Of a stretch of DNA of 64,000 nt, positions 52,462 to 62,602 are shown one piece after another. The stretch covers positions 4,032,001-4,096,000 of the forward strand of contig OY769902.1 of assembly GCA_963669175.1 (NCBI GenBank), written 5' to 3'. The DNA is from a bacterium (GTDB taxonomy: Bacteria; Electryoneota; Electryoneia; Electryoneales; Electryoneaceae). How positions within the stretch are numbered: the first letter of the stretch is position 1; each line of letters begins with the position of its first letter. Below the pieces are notes generated by a model that was not told the origin of the DNA, did no database searches, and saw only the letters and a list, made by a program, of their open reading frames with translations. Position numbers and translations under genes: made by a program.

Positions 52462-52725
52462 TTAACGATGATAGGGCCGCCTGAGAAGACGGTTCAGGCC
52501 GATCAGCACAAACGCTACCGCATAGACCAGCATGAAGGTGCCAAGAATCACCGTTCTTTTTTCATCCACATGGATCAGCACCCATGTAGCATACAGACAA
52601 TATAGTGCAGGGATAAAGAAGAGCTTGTTCAACCAGATGGGTGTGACCTTTTTCAGTACAACCCAGTCGAACATAATAACAGCCAGAACAATGGCCACAA
52701 TTAGCTGAGCATTAAAACTGAACAC
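52462..52725 (-). CDS. Small three-TM membrane protein of unknown function
   Basis: 87 aa, three hydrophobic segments, GAAGGA RBS before GTG; fills the gap in the operon. Confidence 0.7.
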   Translation of the reverse strand: MFSFNAQLIVAIVLAVIMFDWVVLKKVTPIWLNKLFFIPALYCLYATWVLIHVDEKRTVILGTFMLVYAVAFVLIGLNRLLRRPYHR

Positions 52726-52788
52726 GATCTACTTTCCTTCCTGCCTGTATTGTCTTTTTCGGGCAAACCGCGTCCTTTCGGACATCGG

Positions 52789-53844
52789 TTACGAGTTTCT
52801 CAGGATCTTTCTACGGAACTTGGCATACTGGCCATAGGTCAGGTACACCTTGTTCTCGTCGAGCTGAGGACGTGTAAAGGGCGCCTTGTCCCTGATTTTT
52901 TCGATCTCGTCGGTTACTGTGAACACGAAGCCGTCGCTGCCGCTGCCGCTGCCGTAGCTCACCATGAAAATCTTGTCGCCGGGCTTGGCGATATCCAGGC
53001 AGGCGCTCAGCCCGATCGGGGATGCGCCGCTGTACGTATTACCCAGCCAAGGTGTCAGCCAGCCGGTCTTGAATTGCGGGGATTTGGTGTCAAAGCCCAG
53101 CATTTTCGCGGCTTTCATCGGGAACTTGCCGTTGGGTTGATGGAAAACGCAATAGGCGAAGTCTTCCGGCTTCATCCCGCTCATTTCCAACAACGGCAAC
53201 GCGCATCCCATGACCGTACGGAAGAATGCGGGTTCCCCGGTGTAACGTCCGCCGTGCTGCGGATAGTGTTCATGTTCCCGACGCCAGAAATCGGGGGTAT
53301 CCGCTGTCCAGGAATAGGTATGGTCGATGGTCGCAACCACCTTTTCCGTACCCATGATATAGGCAGCAGCGCCTGCGGACGCGCTGTACTCCAGGGCATC
53401 ACCCGGTGCACCCTGGCTGGTGTCCGCGCCGATACCCACTGCATATTTCATCAACCCGGCCTTGACATGGCTATGGGCCACAAACATCGATTCGCTGCCG
53501 GCTTTGCAGGCGAATTCAAAGTCTGCGACATGAATACCATGTCCGCAACCGATCGCTTCTGAAACCGTAGTACCGCTCGGCTTGACCGCGTAGGGGTGTG
53601 ACTCACTTCCGATATACAGCGCACCGATCTCTTTGGGATCGATCCCTGCACGCGTTAATGCGTACCGGGCTGCTTCTACCGACAGGGTAATCACATCCTG
53701 GTCTGGATTGGGCACCGATTTTTCGTACAGCAACAAGCCTCGCTTGTAGCTCTCGGCGTCCGCCCCCCATACCGAGGCGATCTCTTCCAGCTTGATGCGA
53801 TTCCTGGGCAGGTAGGCTCCCCAGCCCACAATGCCGACCGCCAT
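52789..53844 (-). CDS. mvaS: Hydroxymethylglutaryl-CoA synthase, archaeal type
   Basis: AAGGAGG RBS before ATG 53844; GSESHPYAVKP, EFACKAG (catalytic Cys), DTPDFWRRE, HQPNGKFP, GNTYSG, SYGSGSGSD. Confidence 0.92.
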   Translation of the reverse strand: MAVGIVGWGAYLPRNRIKLEEIASVWGADAESYKRGLLLYEKSVPNPDQDVITLSVEAARYALTRAGIDPKEIGALYIGSESHPYAVKPSGTTVSEAIGCGHGIHVADFEFACKAGSESMFVAHSHVKAGLMKYAVGIGADTSQGAPGDALEYSASAGAAAYIMGTEKVVATIDHTYSWTADTPDFWRREHEHYPQHGGRYTGEPAFFRTVMGCALPLLEMSGMKPEDFAYCVFHQPNGKFPMKAAKMLGFDTKSPQFKTGWLTPWLGNTYSGASPIGLSACLDIAKPGDKIFMVSYGSGSGSDGFVFTVTDEIEKIRDKAPFTRPQLDENKVYLTYGQYAKFRRKILRNS

Positions 53845-54183
53845 GCGTCCTCCTTGCTCAGTTTGGGTTACTGGTAACGGAACCGGGGACGGATGCGCGC
53901 TCGGCCTGTCCAAGGCCGATGTGAATCCGAAAGTAACAACGATACGCCATTAGTTTTTCCCCAGAATGTGCTACTACACCCGGTTCTGAATGCTTATGGA
54001 AAGACCTCGCGGGTCTTTGTAACGATGCTATTATTACAGATAATCAAGATAGACAACAACTCGCAGATGGACAACTCCAACTACGTCCCTCACCGTAAAA
54101 TCCGAACAGAAATCTGAAGGGAGATTCCCCTTGCATATTTGTCCGTGCTACCGTAGAATGAAACGGTTTACATGTGAGCAAAC

Positions 54184-54663
54184 ATGACTACAAAGACTAA
54201 TACCAAAGCAGCTGCTACACAGGACCGACCTACAACAGATCCCTTGCGTATCGTCTGGCGTGCGTATTGTGGACAGGTAGCCATGGAGGGTGTCCTGGCT
54301 GTCCTGGGGGGTATGCTCGCCCTGATCGGAATTGATAAGCTCATCTACTATTTCACCGGGTTTGAATTGGGTGTCTGGATCTTCCTCTTCGTGGCGGCGC
54401 TTGGCTACCTGGCCTTCATCGGAATCTTTCGTCCACTCATGTATTTTGGCCGGGCGCACGAGAAACCCAGAACCGGCGAACTGATAAAAGTGCTGCCAAT
54501 GGTAATTCCGGCTATCGCAGAAGAAGGAATGCCCCCGGCGCAAATGCGGGAAGTGTTATCCCAGCATCCACCACGAAATTACCTGGTGAAAAGTCGTATG
54601 ATCCGAAATGCCATTGTGTTTATTATCGGGCTCCTGATTTTCCTGGTTCCGTTCTTCCTGTAA
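54184..54663 (+). CDS. Hypothetical membrane protein (3 TM)
   Basis: 159 aa ORF with three hydrophobic segments; no recognisable motif. Confidence 0.7.
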   Translation: MTTKTNTKAAATQDRPTTDPLRIVWRAYCGQVAMEGVLAVLGGMLALIGIDKLIYYFTGFELGVWIFLFVAALGYLAFIGIFRPLMYFGRAHEKPRTGELIKVLPMVIPAIAEEGMPPAQMREVLSQHPPRNYLVKSRMIRNAIVFIIGLLIFLVPFFL

Positions 54664-54719
54664 GGGAAACATCATCCCATTTTAAGAGTACACTTCGTAG
54701 TGTCAAACAATTGAGACCC

Positions 54720-57700
54720 ATGGGTGCAGCCTTACCACATATCGCTTCTTTTCTGGGTTCGCTGAGATCTCGTCAGCGAATGGTATGGCTTATTGCCCTA
54801 TCCGGCGGATTGCTCGGTGTCTTGCTGGCGCTGCTCCTGCTGTCCGGAAGTCTGGAAGCGTTCTTATGGATGAACCCGGGTGATCGTATTTACCTGACAA
54901 TTATCTTCAGTATTATTGGGATTCTTTCGGGATTGGCCTTTCTTGGCGCTTCCGTATTTGTGTTGATGTCCAGGTCGCTCCTGTCCGACCAGGCGCTGGC
55001 GAAGGTAGTCTGGCGATTGGACCCGAAAGTACGCGACCGTGTGCTGGACGCTCTGGAACTGGCCTCTGCAGAATCCATGCGAGGCAGTGAAGCGCTCAGG
55101 CTGATGGCGGTTCAATCCATTGACGAGTCAGTCAAGGAGCTTAATCTCCAAGCCTACCTGCGCACCAGCCATTTGCGCATCGTCGCCTGGTTCAGCGGGA
55201 TCATCCTGCTGTTTTCACTGCCGACGTTCCTGATCGCCGGGAAATCACTGACTGACGCTTTGGACCGTATCGCTCATCCTCGCACCATCTACCTGAAGCC
55301 GGGCACGGTACTGCTTGCGATGGACATGCCTGCCGAACAGGACGTTGTCGAGGGTGACACATTACAGATCGCCGCACGCGCCCAGCATTTCATCCCGGAA
55401 CGTATCTCGTTTTTCTGCGATTTCGGTGGCGGGTTGATACGTGAAGCCGTCGCACATCCGGACGCGGAAGCCCCTGAACTCTTCACCGCGACACTGACTG
55501 ACTTCGAACGCAATGTCCATATCTGGGCACAGGTGGAAGGTTCATCCAGCGACACCGTGCTGGTGAAGGTTCTCCCCCGTCCTCGTCTGGCACGGCTTGA
55601 GGTTACTCTCCAACCACCCAGGTATACCGGGCTGAATCCGATGGAGCTTCCCGAGGGGATTGGCGATATCACCGCGCTTCCCGGCACGAATGCCCATATA
55701 CAGATCGAAGCTAATCGCAATCTCAGCGGCGCAACGCTACTGGTTGATGTAGGTGATGGCGAGCTGCGTTCCTTCGATATGGGAGTATCAGATCGCGCCG
55801 CCAGCGGTTCCTTCCAGATCAGCCGGAAAGGCGCCTGGTGGATCGAACTGACCGCTGATGATGGCGTCCAGGGGAAAGACCCGTTACAATGGGCCATTGC
55901 GCTGCAGGAAGACTTGCCTCCTTCTATCGATATCCGGTTGCCGGATGACGGCTACGAAATCCCGGAAACCATGCAGGCCCCGCTGGGCCTGATCATTGAT
56001 GACGATTACGGTATCTCCCGCGCAAACCTGCGTTATCGTGTCTACAACTCGATCATGAGTCCTGATTCGGTCGGTGAAGATCAGTACAGCAGTATCGGTC
56101 TGAATGGTCACGAAGAAACTCGCGGCCGTTGGATTATCCAGACTATCTGGGGCTTTGCCGACATGCCCCTGCTTCCCTCCGAAGAGATTCGTTTCTTTAT
56201 CGAAGCGTGGGACAATGATGGCTGGCGTGGCCCCAAACGCAGTCGTAGCGAAGAACGCCGGATGGTTTACCTGAGCCTGGATGACCTGTATCGTGAGTCC
56301 AACCAGGAAGAGGAAGCTGTCACGGAAGAGATGATGCGCATGCTGGAGAATGCCGAACGCATGCGTGATGATATGGCCCAGACCCTGGAAGAGATGCGCT
56401 CCAATCCCGAGGACATGACCTGGGAACAATCACAGGCCATGGAACAAGCAGTGCAGTCCCAGGAAGAAATGATGCAGCAACTCGAGCAGGTGCGTGAGAC
56501 CATTGAGAACATGCAGCAACGCTTCGAAGAGAATAAAATGGTCAACACCGAATTGCTCGAGAAATATCAACGGTTGCAGGAATTGCTCGAGGAAATGGCG
56601 ACGCCTGAGATGCAGCAGGCCATGGAAGAGTTGCAGAATGCCATTGAAGATATGGATGGCGAACGTATCCGTGAGGCGCTCGAACAGCTTACCCAGAACC
56701 AGGAAGCCATGATTGAAAGTCTGGACCGCAGCCTTTCCATCCTGGAGCAGCTCAAGCTTGAACGCCGCATGGAGGAACTGGTCCAGCGTGCTTCTGACCT
56801 GGCGCAACGTGAAGCGGAGCTTGAAGAACGCCTTAGCGAAGGCAATGCGGACACCGAACGTGAAGCCATGCGTCAGCAGCAGGTGGAACAGGACTATGAG
56901 AACCTGTTGAGCGAGATGGAAAATGTTGCCGACGAACTCGAGGATCAGTATTCGGATGTGGCGGATTCCCTGCGCGAGATGGCCGAACAAATGCGAAACG
57001 AAGAGTTCGACCAGTCCCTGAATGAGACCACACAACAGCTTCAACAGAATCAGCAGAAAAGAGCGCAGCAGAGCTCCAAACAGAACAAAGAACGCCTGCA
57101 ACAGATGCAGCAGCAGATGATGTCCATGCAGCAGCAGATGATTGAACAGAATAAGCAGGCGATTGAAGAACAGATGGACCGTATCATCCAGGAATTACTG
57201 CTGATCAGCCGAAGGCAGGAAGATCTCCGTACCGAGAGCGCCTTGCTGGGAGTTGCCAGTCCACGCTACCGAGAGCTTGCCGCACGCCAGGAAAGCATGA
57301 TCAGCGCATTGAATCGCGCCTCAGAAAGCGCTGGCGACCTGATGAAGGAGACTTTCTTCGTTGGCGCCAAGCTTATGGGAGAGCTGGAGGTGGCGCATAC
57401 GCAGATGGATGCGGCCCTGTCACGCTATACCGACCGTCGCGCACGAGATGCGACAGGCGCTCAAAGCAACGCCATGGCAGCAATCCATCGTAGCCTCCTG
57501 ACCCTGAACCAGGCCAAAAATGAGATGCAGAGTTCCGGCAGTGGAACCGGGTACCAGGAGATGATGGAAAAGCTCCAGCAGATGGCCCAGCAACAGCAGG
57601 CGATCAACCAATCCACGCAAGGTATGCCGATGCCCATGCCCGGTCAGCAGGCCGGACAACAGATGTTATCCCAGATGGCCGCCAAACAGCAGGCTTTGTC

Positions 57701-58121
57701 CGAAGCCATGCGTCAACTGGAACAACAGGCGCAGGGCATGGATGAGATGCTGGGCAGCCTGGATGGTATGGGGCAGGCCATGGAAGAAGTGGCGAACGAC
57801 TTGCGTGATAACAATGTCACCGAACGCACCCGACGCATACAACAACGTATCCTGCAACGTCTGCTCGATTCTCAGCGATCCCTGCAAGAACGTGAGTACA
57901 GCCGTGAACGCCTGTCACGTACCGGTGAAGACGTCCGCCGCTTTTCCCCCGCCGAACTGCAACGTCAGCAGGAAAACCTGTTGCGTGAACGGATGCTGCG
58001 TGCTCTGGACGCCGATTACGCCGAAAGCTGGCGGCCCCTGATTCGGGACTACTTCCGCGCCCTGGAACAGAACCAGGCAAAGGAAGACACAACCACCCCG
58101 AAAGCGACTTCACAACCCTAA
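54720..58121 (+). CDS. DUF4175-like membrane-anchored protein with Ig-like region and long Q/E/M-rich coiled coil
   Basis: Three N-terminal TM segments, PPRYTG, DDYGI, EAWDNDGWRGPK, Q/M-rich helical C-terminus ending IRDYFRAL. Confidence 0.82.
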   Translation: MGAALPHIASFLGSLRSRQRMVWLIALSGGLLGVLLALLLLSGSLEAFLWMNPGDRIYLTIIFSIIGILSGLAFLGASVFVLMSRSLLSDQALAKVVWRLDPKVRDRVLDALELASAESMRGSEALRLMAVQSIDESVKELNLQAYLRTSHLRIVAWFSGIILLFSLPTFLIAGKSLTDALDRIAHPRTIYLKPGTVLLAMDMPAEQDVVEGDTLQIAARAQHFIPERISFFCDFGGGLIREAVAHPDAEAPELFTATLTDFERNVHIWAQVEGSSSDTVLVKVLPRPRLARLEVTLQPPRYTGLNPMELPEGIGDITALPGTNAHIQIEANRNLSGATLLVDVGDGELRSFDMGVSDRAASGSFQISRKGAWWIELTADDGVQGKDPLQWAIALQEDLPPSIDIRLPDDGYEIPETMQAPLGLIIDDDYGISRANLRYRVYNSIMSPDSVGEDQYSSIGLNGHEETRGRWIIQTIWGFADMPLLPSEEIRFFIEAWDNDGWRGPKRSRSEERRMVYLSLDDLYRESNQEEEAVTEEMMRMLENAERMRDDMAQTLEEMRSNPEDMTWEQSQAMEQAVQSQEEMMQQLEQVRETIENMQQRFEENKMVNTELLEKYQRLQELLEEMATPEMQQAMEELQNAIEDMDGERIREALEQLTQNQEAMIESLDRSLSILEQLKLERRMEELVQRASDLAQREAELEERLSEGNADTEREAMRQQQVEQDYENLLSEMENVADELEDQYSDVADSLREMAEQMRNEEFDQSLNETTQQLQQNQQKRAQQSSKQNKERLQQMQQQMMSMQQQMIEQNKQAIEEQMDRIIQELLLISRRQEDLRTESALLGVASPRYRELAARQESMISALNRASESAGDLMKETFFVGAKLMGELEVAHTQMDAALSRYTDRRARDATGAQSNAMAAIHRSLLTLNQAKNEMQSSGSGTGYQEMMEKLQQMAQQQQAINQSTQGMPMPMPGQQAGQQMLSQMAAKQQALSEAMRQLEQQAQGMDEMLGSLDGMGQAMEEVANDLRDNNVTERTRRIQQRILQRLLDSQRSLQEREYSRERLSRTGEDVRRFSPAELQRQQENLLRERMLRALDADYAESWRPLIRDYFRALEQNQAKEDTTTPKATSQP

Positions 58122-58183
58122 AAGAATTCACAATCCTTAGATACTTCACAACCCTGATTCAGGTTGAATATCTACATACTGTT

Positions 58184-58360
58184 TTGGCCCCGTCCGGCAA
58201 TTGGCCCCGTCCGGCAATTGGCCCCGTCCGGCTTGCCCGGCGGGGTATATTTTTATTCAAGTTAAGAGAAGAAATCCGCATTCTTTTAAATTACTACAAA
58301 GGATTGATTCTCTATTTGATATAGAGTAGACCCCGCCGGACAAGCCGGACGGGGCCAATA
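58184..58360. repeat. REP doublet with tandemly duplicated 17 bp end
   Basis: TTGGCCCCGTCCGGCAA twice (58184-58217), full unit 58218-58246, inverted unit 58330-58360; between convergent genes. Confidence 0.85.
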
Positions 58361-58407
58361 GTGAACCACATTTTGTTCTATACGGCAGACCGATCAACTA
58401 TCCCTAT

Positions 58408-59544
58408 CTAACCCAGCAGCGCCAGGAACACCCCCGCCGCGACTGCGCTGCCGATCACACCGGCCACATTCGGACCCATGGCAGCCATGAGCGGATTCAC
58501 CTTCCCGTCCGTCTCCTCAGAAACAAATTTCTGCACCACTCGCGCCGACATGGGTACAGCACTCACACCGGCCGCACCAATACAGGGATTGATCTTCTTT
58601 CCGGACGGCAAAAACAGGTTGAATAATTTTCCCAGGAGTACTCCGCCAGCCGTGGAAAAACAGAACGCCACAGCGCCAAGAAGCAAAATTTTAATCGTTG
58701 CCAAGCTGAGGAAACTCTCCCCTGTCATGGTCGCGCCCACGGAGATCCCGAGGAAAATGGTTACGATATCAACAATCGCGCCACCGGCGGTACGACGCAG
58801 CCGTTCGGTCACACCACACTCACGCATCAGGTTGCCGAACATCAGCATACCCAGTAGCGGCGCGGCAGACGGAACCCCTAGCATCGCAATTGTCCCTGCC
58901 ACGACCGGAAACAGAATGACAGCGAGTTTGGAAACCGGCTTGGCGTTGGGCATGTTGATCGCGCGCTCTTTCTTCGAGGTCAGCAGACGAATAATCGGCG
59001 GCTGAATAATCGGCACAAGAGACATGTAACTGTACGCAGCAACAGCGACAGGCCCCAACAGTTCCGGCGCGAGTTTGGAAGCCAGGAAAATCGATGTCGG
59101 CCCGTCAGCACCGCCGATAATCCCTACAGCCGCGGCCTGATGCGGGGAGAAGCCAAAGAGGTAGAACGCCCCAAGCGCCGCTACGAAGATACCCAACTGT
59201 GCCGCCGCGCCCAGCAGAAACGTAAACGGACGTGATAGTAACGGCCGGAAATCAGTCAGTACGCCAACACCCATAAATATGACCGGGGGTAAGAATTCAG
59301 TCTTGATACCATGTTTGTATATGAACTGCATCAACCCCGGTTCCGCGCCAACACCGGCCGACATATGCGCCAGGGGCAGGTTAGCCAGGATCGCTCCGAA
59401 GCCAATCGGGATCAACAACATGGGTTCATAGTGCTTGACGATGGCAAGATAGATTAACACTCCTCCCACCACGAACATGACGATATTTCGCCAATCCAGC
59501 CCCGCAAAGCCGGAAGATTGGATCAGTTCGGTAAATACATCCAT
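58408..59544 (-). CDS. oadB: Sodium-translocating decarboxylase beta subunit
   Basis: YEPMLLIPIGFG, GAAAQLGIF, IIGGADGPTSIF, IGAAGVSAVPMSARV, MGPNVAGVIGSA. Confidence 0.95.
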   Translation of the reverse strand: MDVFTELIQSSGFAGLDWRNIVMFVVGGVLIYLAIVKHYEPMLLIPIGFGAILANLPLAHMSAGVGAEPGLMQFIYKHGIKTEFLPPVIFMGVGVLTDFRPLLSRPFTFLLGAAAQLGIFVAALGAFYLFGFSPHQAAAVGIIGGADGPTSIFLASKLAPELLGPVAVAAYSYMSLVPIIQPPIIRLLTSKKERAINMPNAKPVSKLAVILFPVVAGTIAMLGVPSAAPLLGMLMFGNLMRECGVTERLRRTAGGAIVDIVTIFLGISVGATMTGESFLSLATIKILLLGAVAFCFSTAGGVLLGKLFNLFLPSGKKINPCIGAAGVSAVPMSARVVQKFVSEETDGKVNPLMAAMGPNVAGVIGSAVAAGVFLALLG

Positions 59545-59554
59545 CTCCCCTCCC

Positions 59555-61426
59555 TTAGTTAGGGATGATGGTCATGATGGCGTCTTCCGCGCCGACGTCA
59601 TCGCCAATGCCAACATGGATAGCCGATATTTTGCCACCTGCCGGCGCTTTGAAGTTATGATTCGCTTTCATCGCTTCAACCGCGCCGAGCACATCGCCCT
59701 CTTTCACAACATCCCCGACCTTCACCTTGAGTTCGACAACCGGGGAATCACCCTCAAAGGGTGAGAAGACATCAACCCCGTTGGCAGCAGGAGCAGGTGT
59801 TGGGGTTGCCGCAGGCACTGAAGCCATGGGCACAGGCGCAGCTCCGCCACCATGCGTATCCACGATAACCATATACTGCTTGGCGACTCCACCTTCAACG
59901 ACGGTACAAGTAGTCGTCATCGGCCCATTATTCATCATTGGTGCAGGTGCAGGCGCTGCCGTTGCCGCAGGCTTCGCTTCCTTCTTGGGTTCTTCCTTCT
60001 TTTTCAAGGGGATTTCAATCTTCGGCTTGCCTGTCAGCAAACGTATTCCCTCATTCAATTCCATGTTCTTGCCCGGCACAATGGCCGCAGCAACGAGGAA
60101 AACGGATTTTTCATCCGTAGCCAGTCCACGTTCTTCCAATGCCGCTTTTGCCGGTCCAAGGCTGTCCGGAGCGGCTTCCAGCGGATCTTTGTCGTTGACA
60201 GGCATATTGAGTTGTTCGCTGGCAATCTTGACCACGTCAGGATCGGAAGGCAACGGTGTCTTCCCGAAATAGCCCAACACACTTTTTCCGAAACCGGGAT
60301 CAATCTTCTCCCAGCGTCCGTACAGCACATTATTAAAAGCCTGCAACCAATACTGCTGCGATCCCGGCGTCACGGAAGTCCAAGCCCCGCCAGCTTTTAC
60401 CACAACCGGGAATTCAGCCAGCACTTCGCTGTAACGATTGATGATGCCCGCCTTGACCATCATATGAACATTCGGCCCGATAGCGCCGCCCGGCATGGGG
60501 AAGCCGGTTACCCGAGCGTCCGCCGATGTCACCACCGGGTTAAAGCTGTAATCCTTCAGCCCTTCGTTCAGCAGGTCTTCGATCTCGCCCATCTTGGTGT
60601 GATCGATGTCCAGGCTGTAGCCGGTCCCCTTCAGGGCGTGGGCCATGGAACGGACATCCGGTTGTACCGTTCCGCTGGCAAGGGGACGCACCGACAGGTC
60701 AATACCATCCGCCCCGCCTTCTATCGCCGCACTGTAGCAGGACACGGCTGTCGATGCGGTATCATGTGTATGTGACCAAAGCGGGATTTCCGGTGGCAGA
60801 ATCTTCTTAATCCCCTTAGCAGCTTCATATACTACTTTCGGGGTGGTTGTGCCGGATGCATCCTTCAGGCACAACGAATCGAAATGAACGCCACTTTCGA
60901 TGATCTTCCTGGCGATACCAATATAAAATTCAGCCGTATGGGCCTGGTCGGATTCAAAAGGAAGGCCCATCAACGCGACACAGACCTGGTGATGCATACC
61001 GGAATCCACGATCGGTTGTCCGGTTTTCTTCAACAGGTCAACATCGTTCATGAAATCGAAGTTACGATCCCATGTTGTGCCGTATTTTTTATGCAGTTTG
61101 GCCTGGAGTTTCAGCGCTTCGGTGCGTTGAGTGGTCAGGGTAACACCGGAAACAGAACGAGTCAGGATTTGCAGGTCAGCTTCAGGACCAACCGCATCCC
61201 GCATCTTCTGCATCGTTTCAAAAGGATCTTCCCCGCAGTAGAAATACGGGGCTTGATAACGTGCGCCACCACCGAATTCAAAATGACGAATTCCGGCCGC
61301 GGCGGATGCTTCCATGGCAGGCAGAATATCCTGTAACCTCACTTTACCACCGAACATACTTTGCAGACCATCGCGGAAAGGAGTGAACATCACACGGATG
61401 GTCTTCTTCTGTTCCGTAAAAATCAT
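59555..61426 (-). CDS. Carboxyltransferase plus biotin-carrier subunit (OadA/PycB-like)
   Basis: FRDGLQS, KDASG, HTHDT, MPGGA, VTPGSQ, Ala/Pro linkers, biotinylation motif EAMKA. Confidence 0.9.
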   Translation of the reverse strand: MIFTEQKKTIRVMFTPFRDGLQSMFGGKVRLQDILPAMEASAAAGIRHFEFGGGARYQAPYFYCGEDPFETMQKMRDAVGPEADLQILTRSVSGVTLTTQRTEALKLQAKLHKKYGTTWDRNFDFMNDVDLLKKTGQPIVDSGMHHQVCVALMGLPFESDQAHTAEFYIGIARKIIESGVHFDSLCLKDASGTTTPKVVYEAAKGIKKILPPEIPLWSHTHDTASTAVSCYSAAIEGGADGIDLSVRPLASGTVQPDVRSMAHALKGTGYSLDIDHTKMGEIEDLLNEGLKDYSFNPVVTSADARVTGFPMPGGAIGPNVHMMVKAGIINRYSEVLAEFPVVVKAGGAWTSVTPGSQQYWLQAFNNVLYGRWEKIDPGFGKSVLGYFGKTPLPSDPDVVKIASEQLNMPVNDKDPLEAAPDSLGPAKAALEERGLATDEKSVFLVAAAIVPGKNMELNEGIRLLTGKPKIEIPLKKKEEPKKEAKPAATAAPAPAPMMNNGPMTTTCTVVEGGVAKQYMVIVDTHGGGAAPVPMASVPAATPTPAPAANGVDVFSPFEGDSPVVELKVKVGDVVKEGDVLGAVEAMKANHNFKAPAGGKISAIHVGIGDDVGAEDAIMTIIPN

Positions 61427-61470
61427 AGCCGCTCCTCACTGCCCGAACCGGGCACAGGTTAGTAACAACT

Positions 61471-61761
61471 CTATGAAGAGATTTCTTCGATGCGAACTAC
61501 GTATTTATCTGGGAAAAGCTGTCTGTAGGCGGAAACAATCGCGGCAATGCGTGCTGGGTCGGACGTAGAAATCGCTTGTTGTGGAGGTGGCGCCTCAGCA
61601 GTTGGCCCGGTACGCACACGGGGCTTGATCCCCTCAGAAGCGGTCTTTGGAAAGACACGCATGATGAGATCCATTACGACTGCCAAGATTGTCAGGAGAA
61701 CAAAAACCGCGGTAAAAGCGGTCGCGCAGACAAGTACCAGGTTCTCGGGATTCATCGGCAT
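61471..61761 (-). CDS. oadG: Decarboxylase gamma subunit (OadG family)
   Basis: Single N-terminal TM (AVFVLLTILA), Pro/Ala linker, IAAIVSA motif; first gene of the operon. Confidence 0.8.
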   Translation of the reverse strand: MPMNPENLVLVCATAFTAVFVLLTILAVVMDLIMRVFPKTASEGIKPRVRTGPTAEAPPPQQAISTSDPARIAAIVSAYRQLFPDKYVVRIEEISS

Positions 61762-61954
61762 CCTGTAGTGGGTTGTCGGTCTCGAGCTACCAAATCACAG
61801 GAGAAATTAACCATTAGCGATCTCTAATTCAACAAATAAACAATATTCATCAAGAAAGAGAGAACCTGTAACATGTAATCTTTTAGGATTCCTTAACTTT
61901 TCACAACAATCAAGAATCCCGGCAACTGATGAAATAGTGGGCGATAAGGGGGAA

Positions 61955-62446
61955 TTACCCCAGCGATACTGTCCTGCGACGTACCGCTCCAGTGGAGTCT
62001 TCTTCCAGGGAGGTTGTTTTTTCCTCTTGCAGGGCGCTCCAAAGGGAAACTGCGAACTTTCCTACGTCCTGCATTTGACGGCTGTACTGTTCGGATTCAC
62101 GAACACTTCGATGCTCTTCGTGTTTCAGTAGTTCTAACAACTCTATACTCTTCGCAAAGAAATGCGCTATATCGCTAATATTCAAATCTTTATGTAGTAT
62201 CTGCGCAGCGACACGGCAAGTTTGAATTGTTTCAAGAGGGTTCTCGAAGGTGATGCTGTTGGCTTGACCACTGATCAACAGTTCGCATTGGTACAAGCGC
62301 GTCATGAAAGCGATACCATCAGAAATAATCCTGTCCTCTGCGGGAATAGGAATACCTGCCAAACGTGCGTGAACCAGATCTGCCAATTCCTCAGATACCG
62401 CTTTTACTCTATTTTTTTCAGCAGCTTGGAACGAGTCTTTCCGCAT
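61955..62446 (-). CDS. Hypothetical cytoplasmic helical protein
   Basis: 163 aa ORF with AGGAG RBS and an upstream promoter; no recognisable motif. Confidence 0.6.
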   Translation of the reverse strand: MRKDSFQAAEKNRVKAVSEELADLVHARLAGIPIPAEDRIISDGIAFMTRLYQCELLISGQANSITFENPLETIQTCRVAAQILHKDLNISDIAHFFAKSIELLELLKHEEHRSVRESEQYSRQMQDVGKFAVSLWSALQEEKTTSLEEDSTGAVRRRTVSLG

Positions 62447-62573
62447 GACTGGTTGTCTCCTGAGTTGCCATTATGCGAGGCGTATATCCTACGGGCCAAC
62501 TGTTAATCTTGTGTTAGAGCCTTTTCACTGAGAGAGCATAAGGCGGCCAATGAACCGCCTCACCTCGCACGGA

Positions 62574-62602
62574 AGTATAGGGTCTGATCGGAGGGAATGC
62601 AA
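62574..62602 (-). promoter_or_regulatory. Sigma70 promoter
   Basis: Minus strand TTGCAT-17 nt-TATACT. Confidence 0.6.

Noticed and set aside
50851-53844. PhlABC-type acyltransferase (DAPG) cluster
   Set aside because: The synthase retains the Glu/Cys/His catalytic motifs and no type III PKS is nearby.
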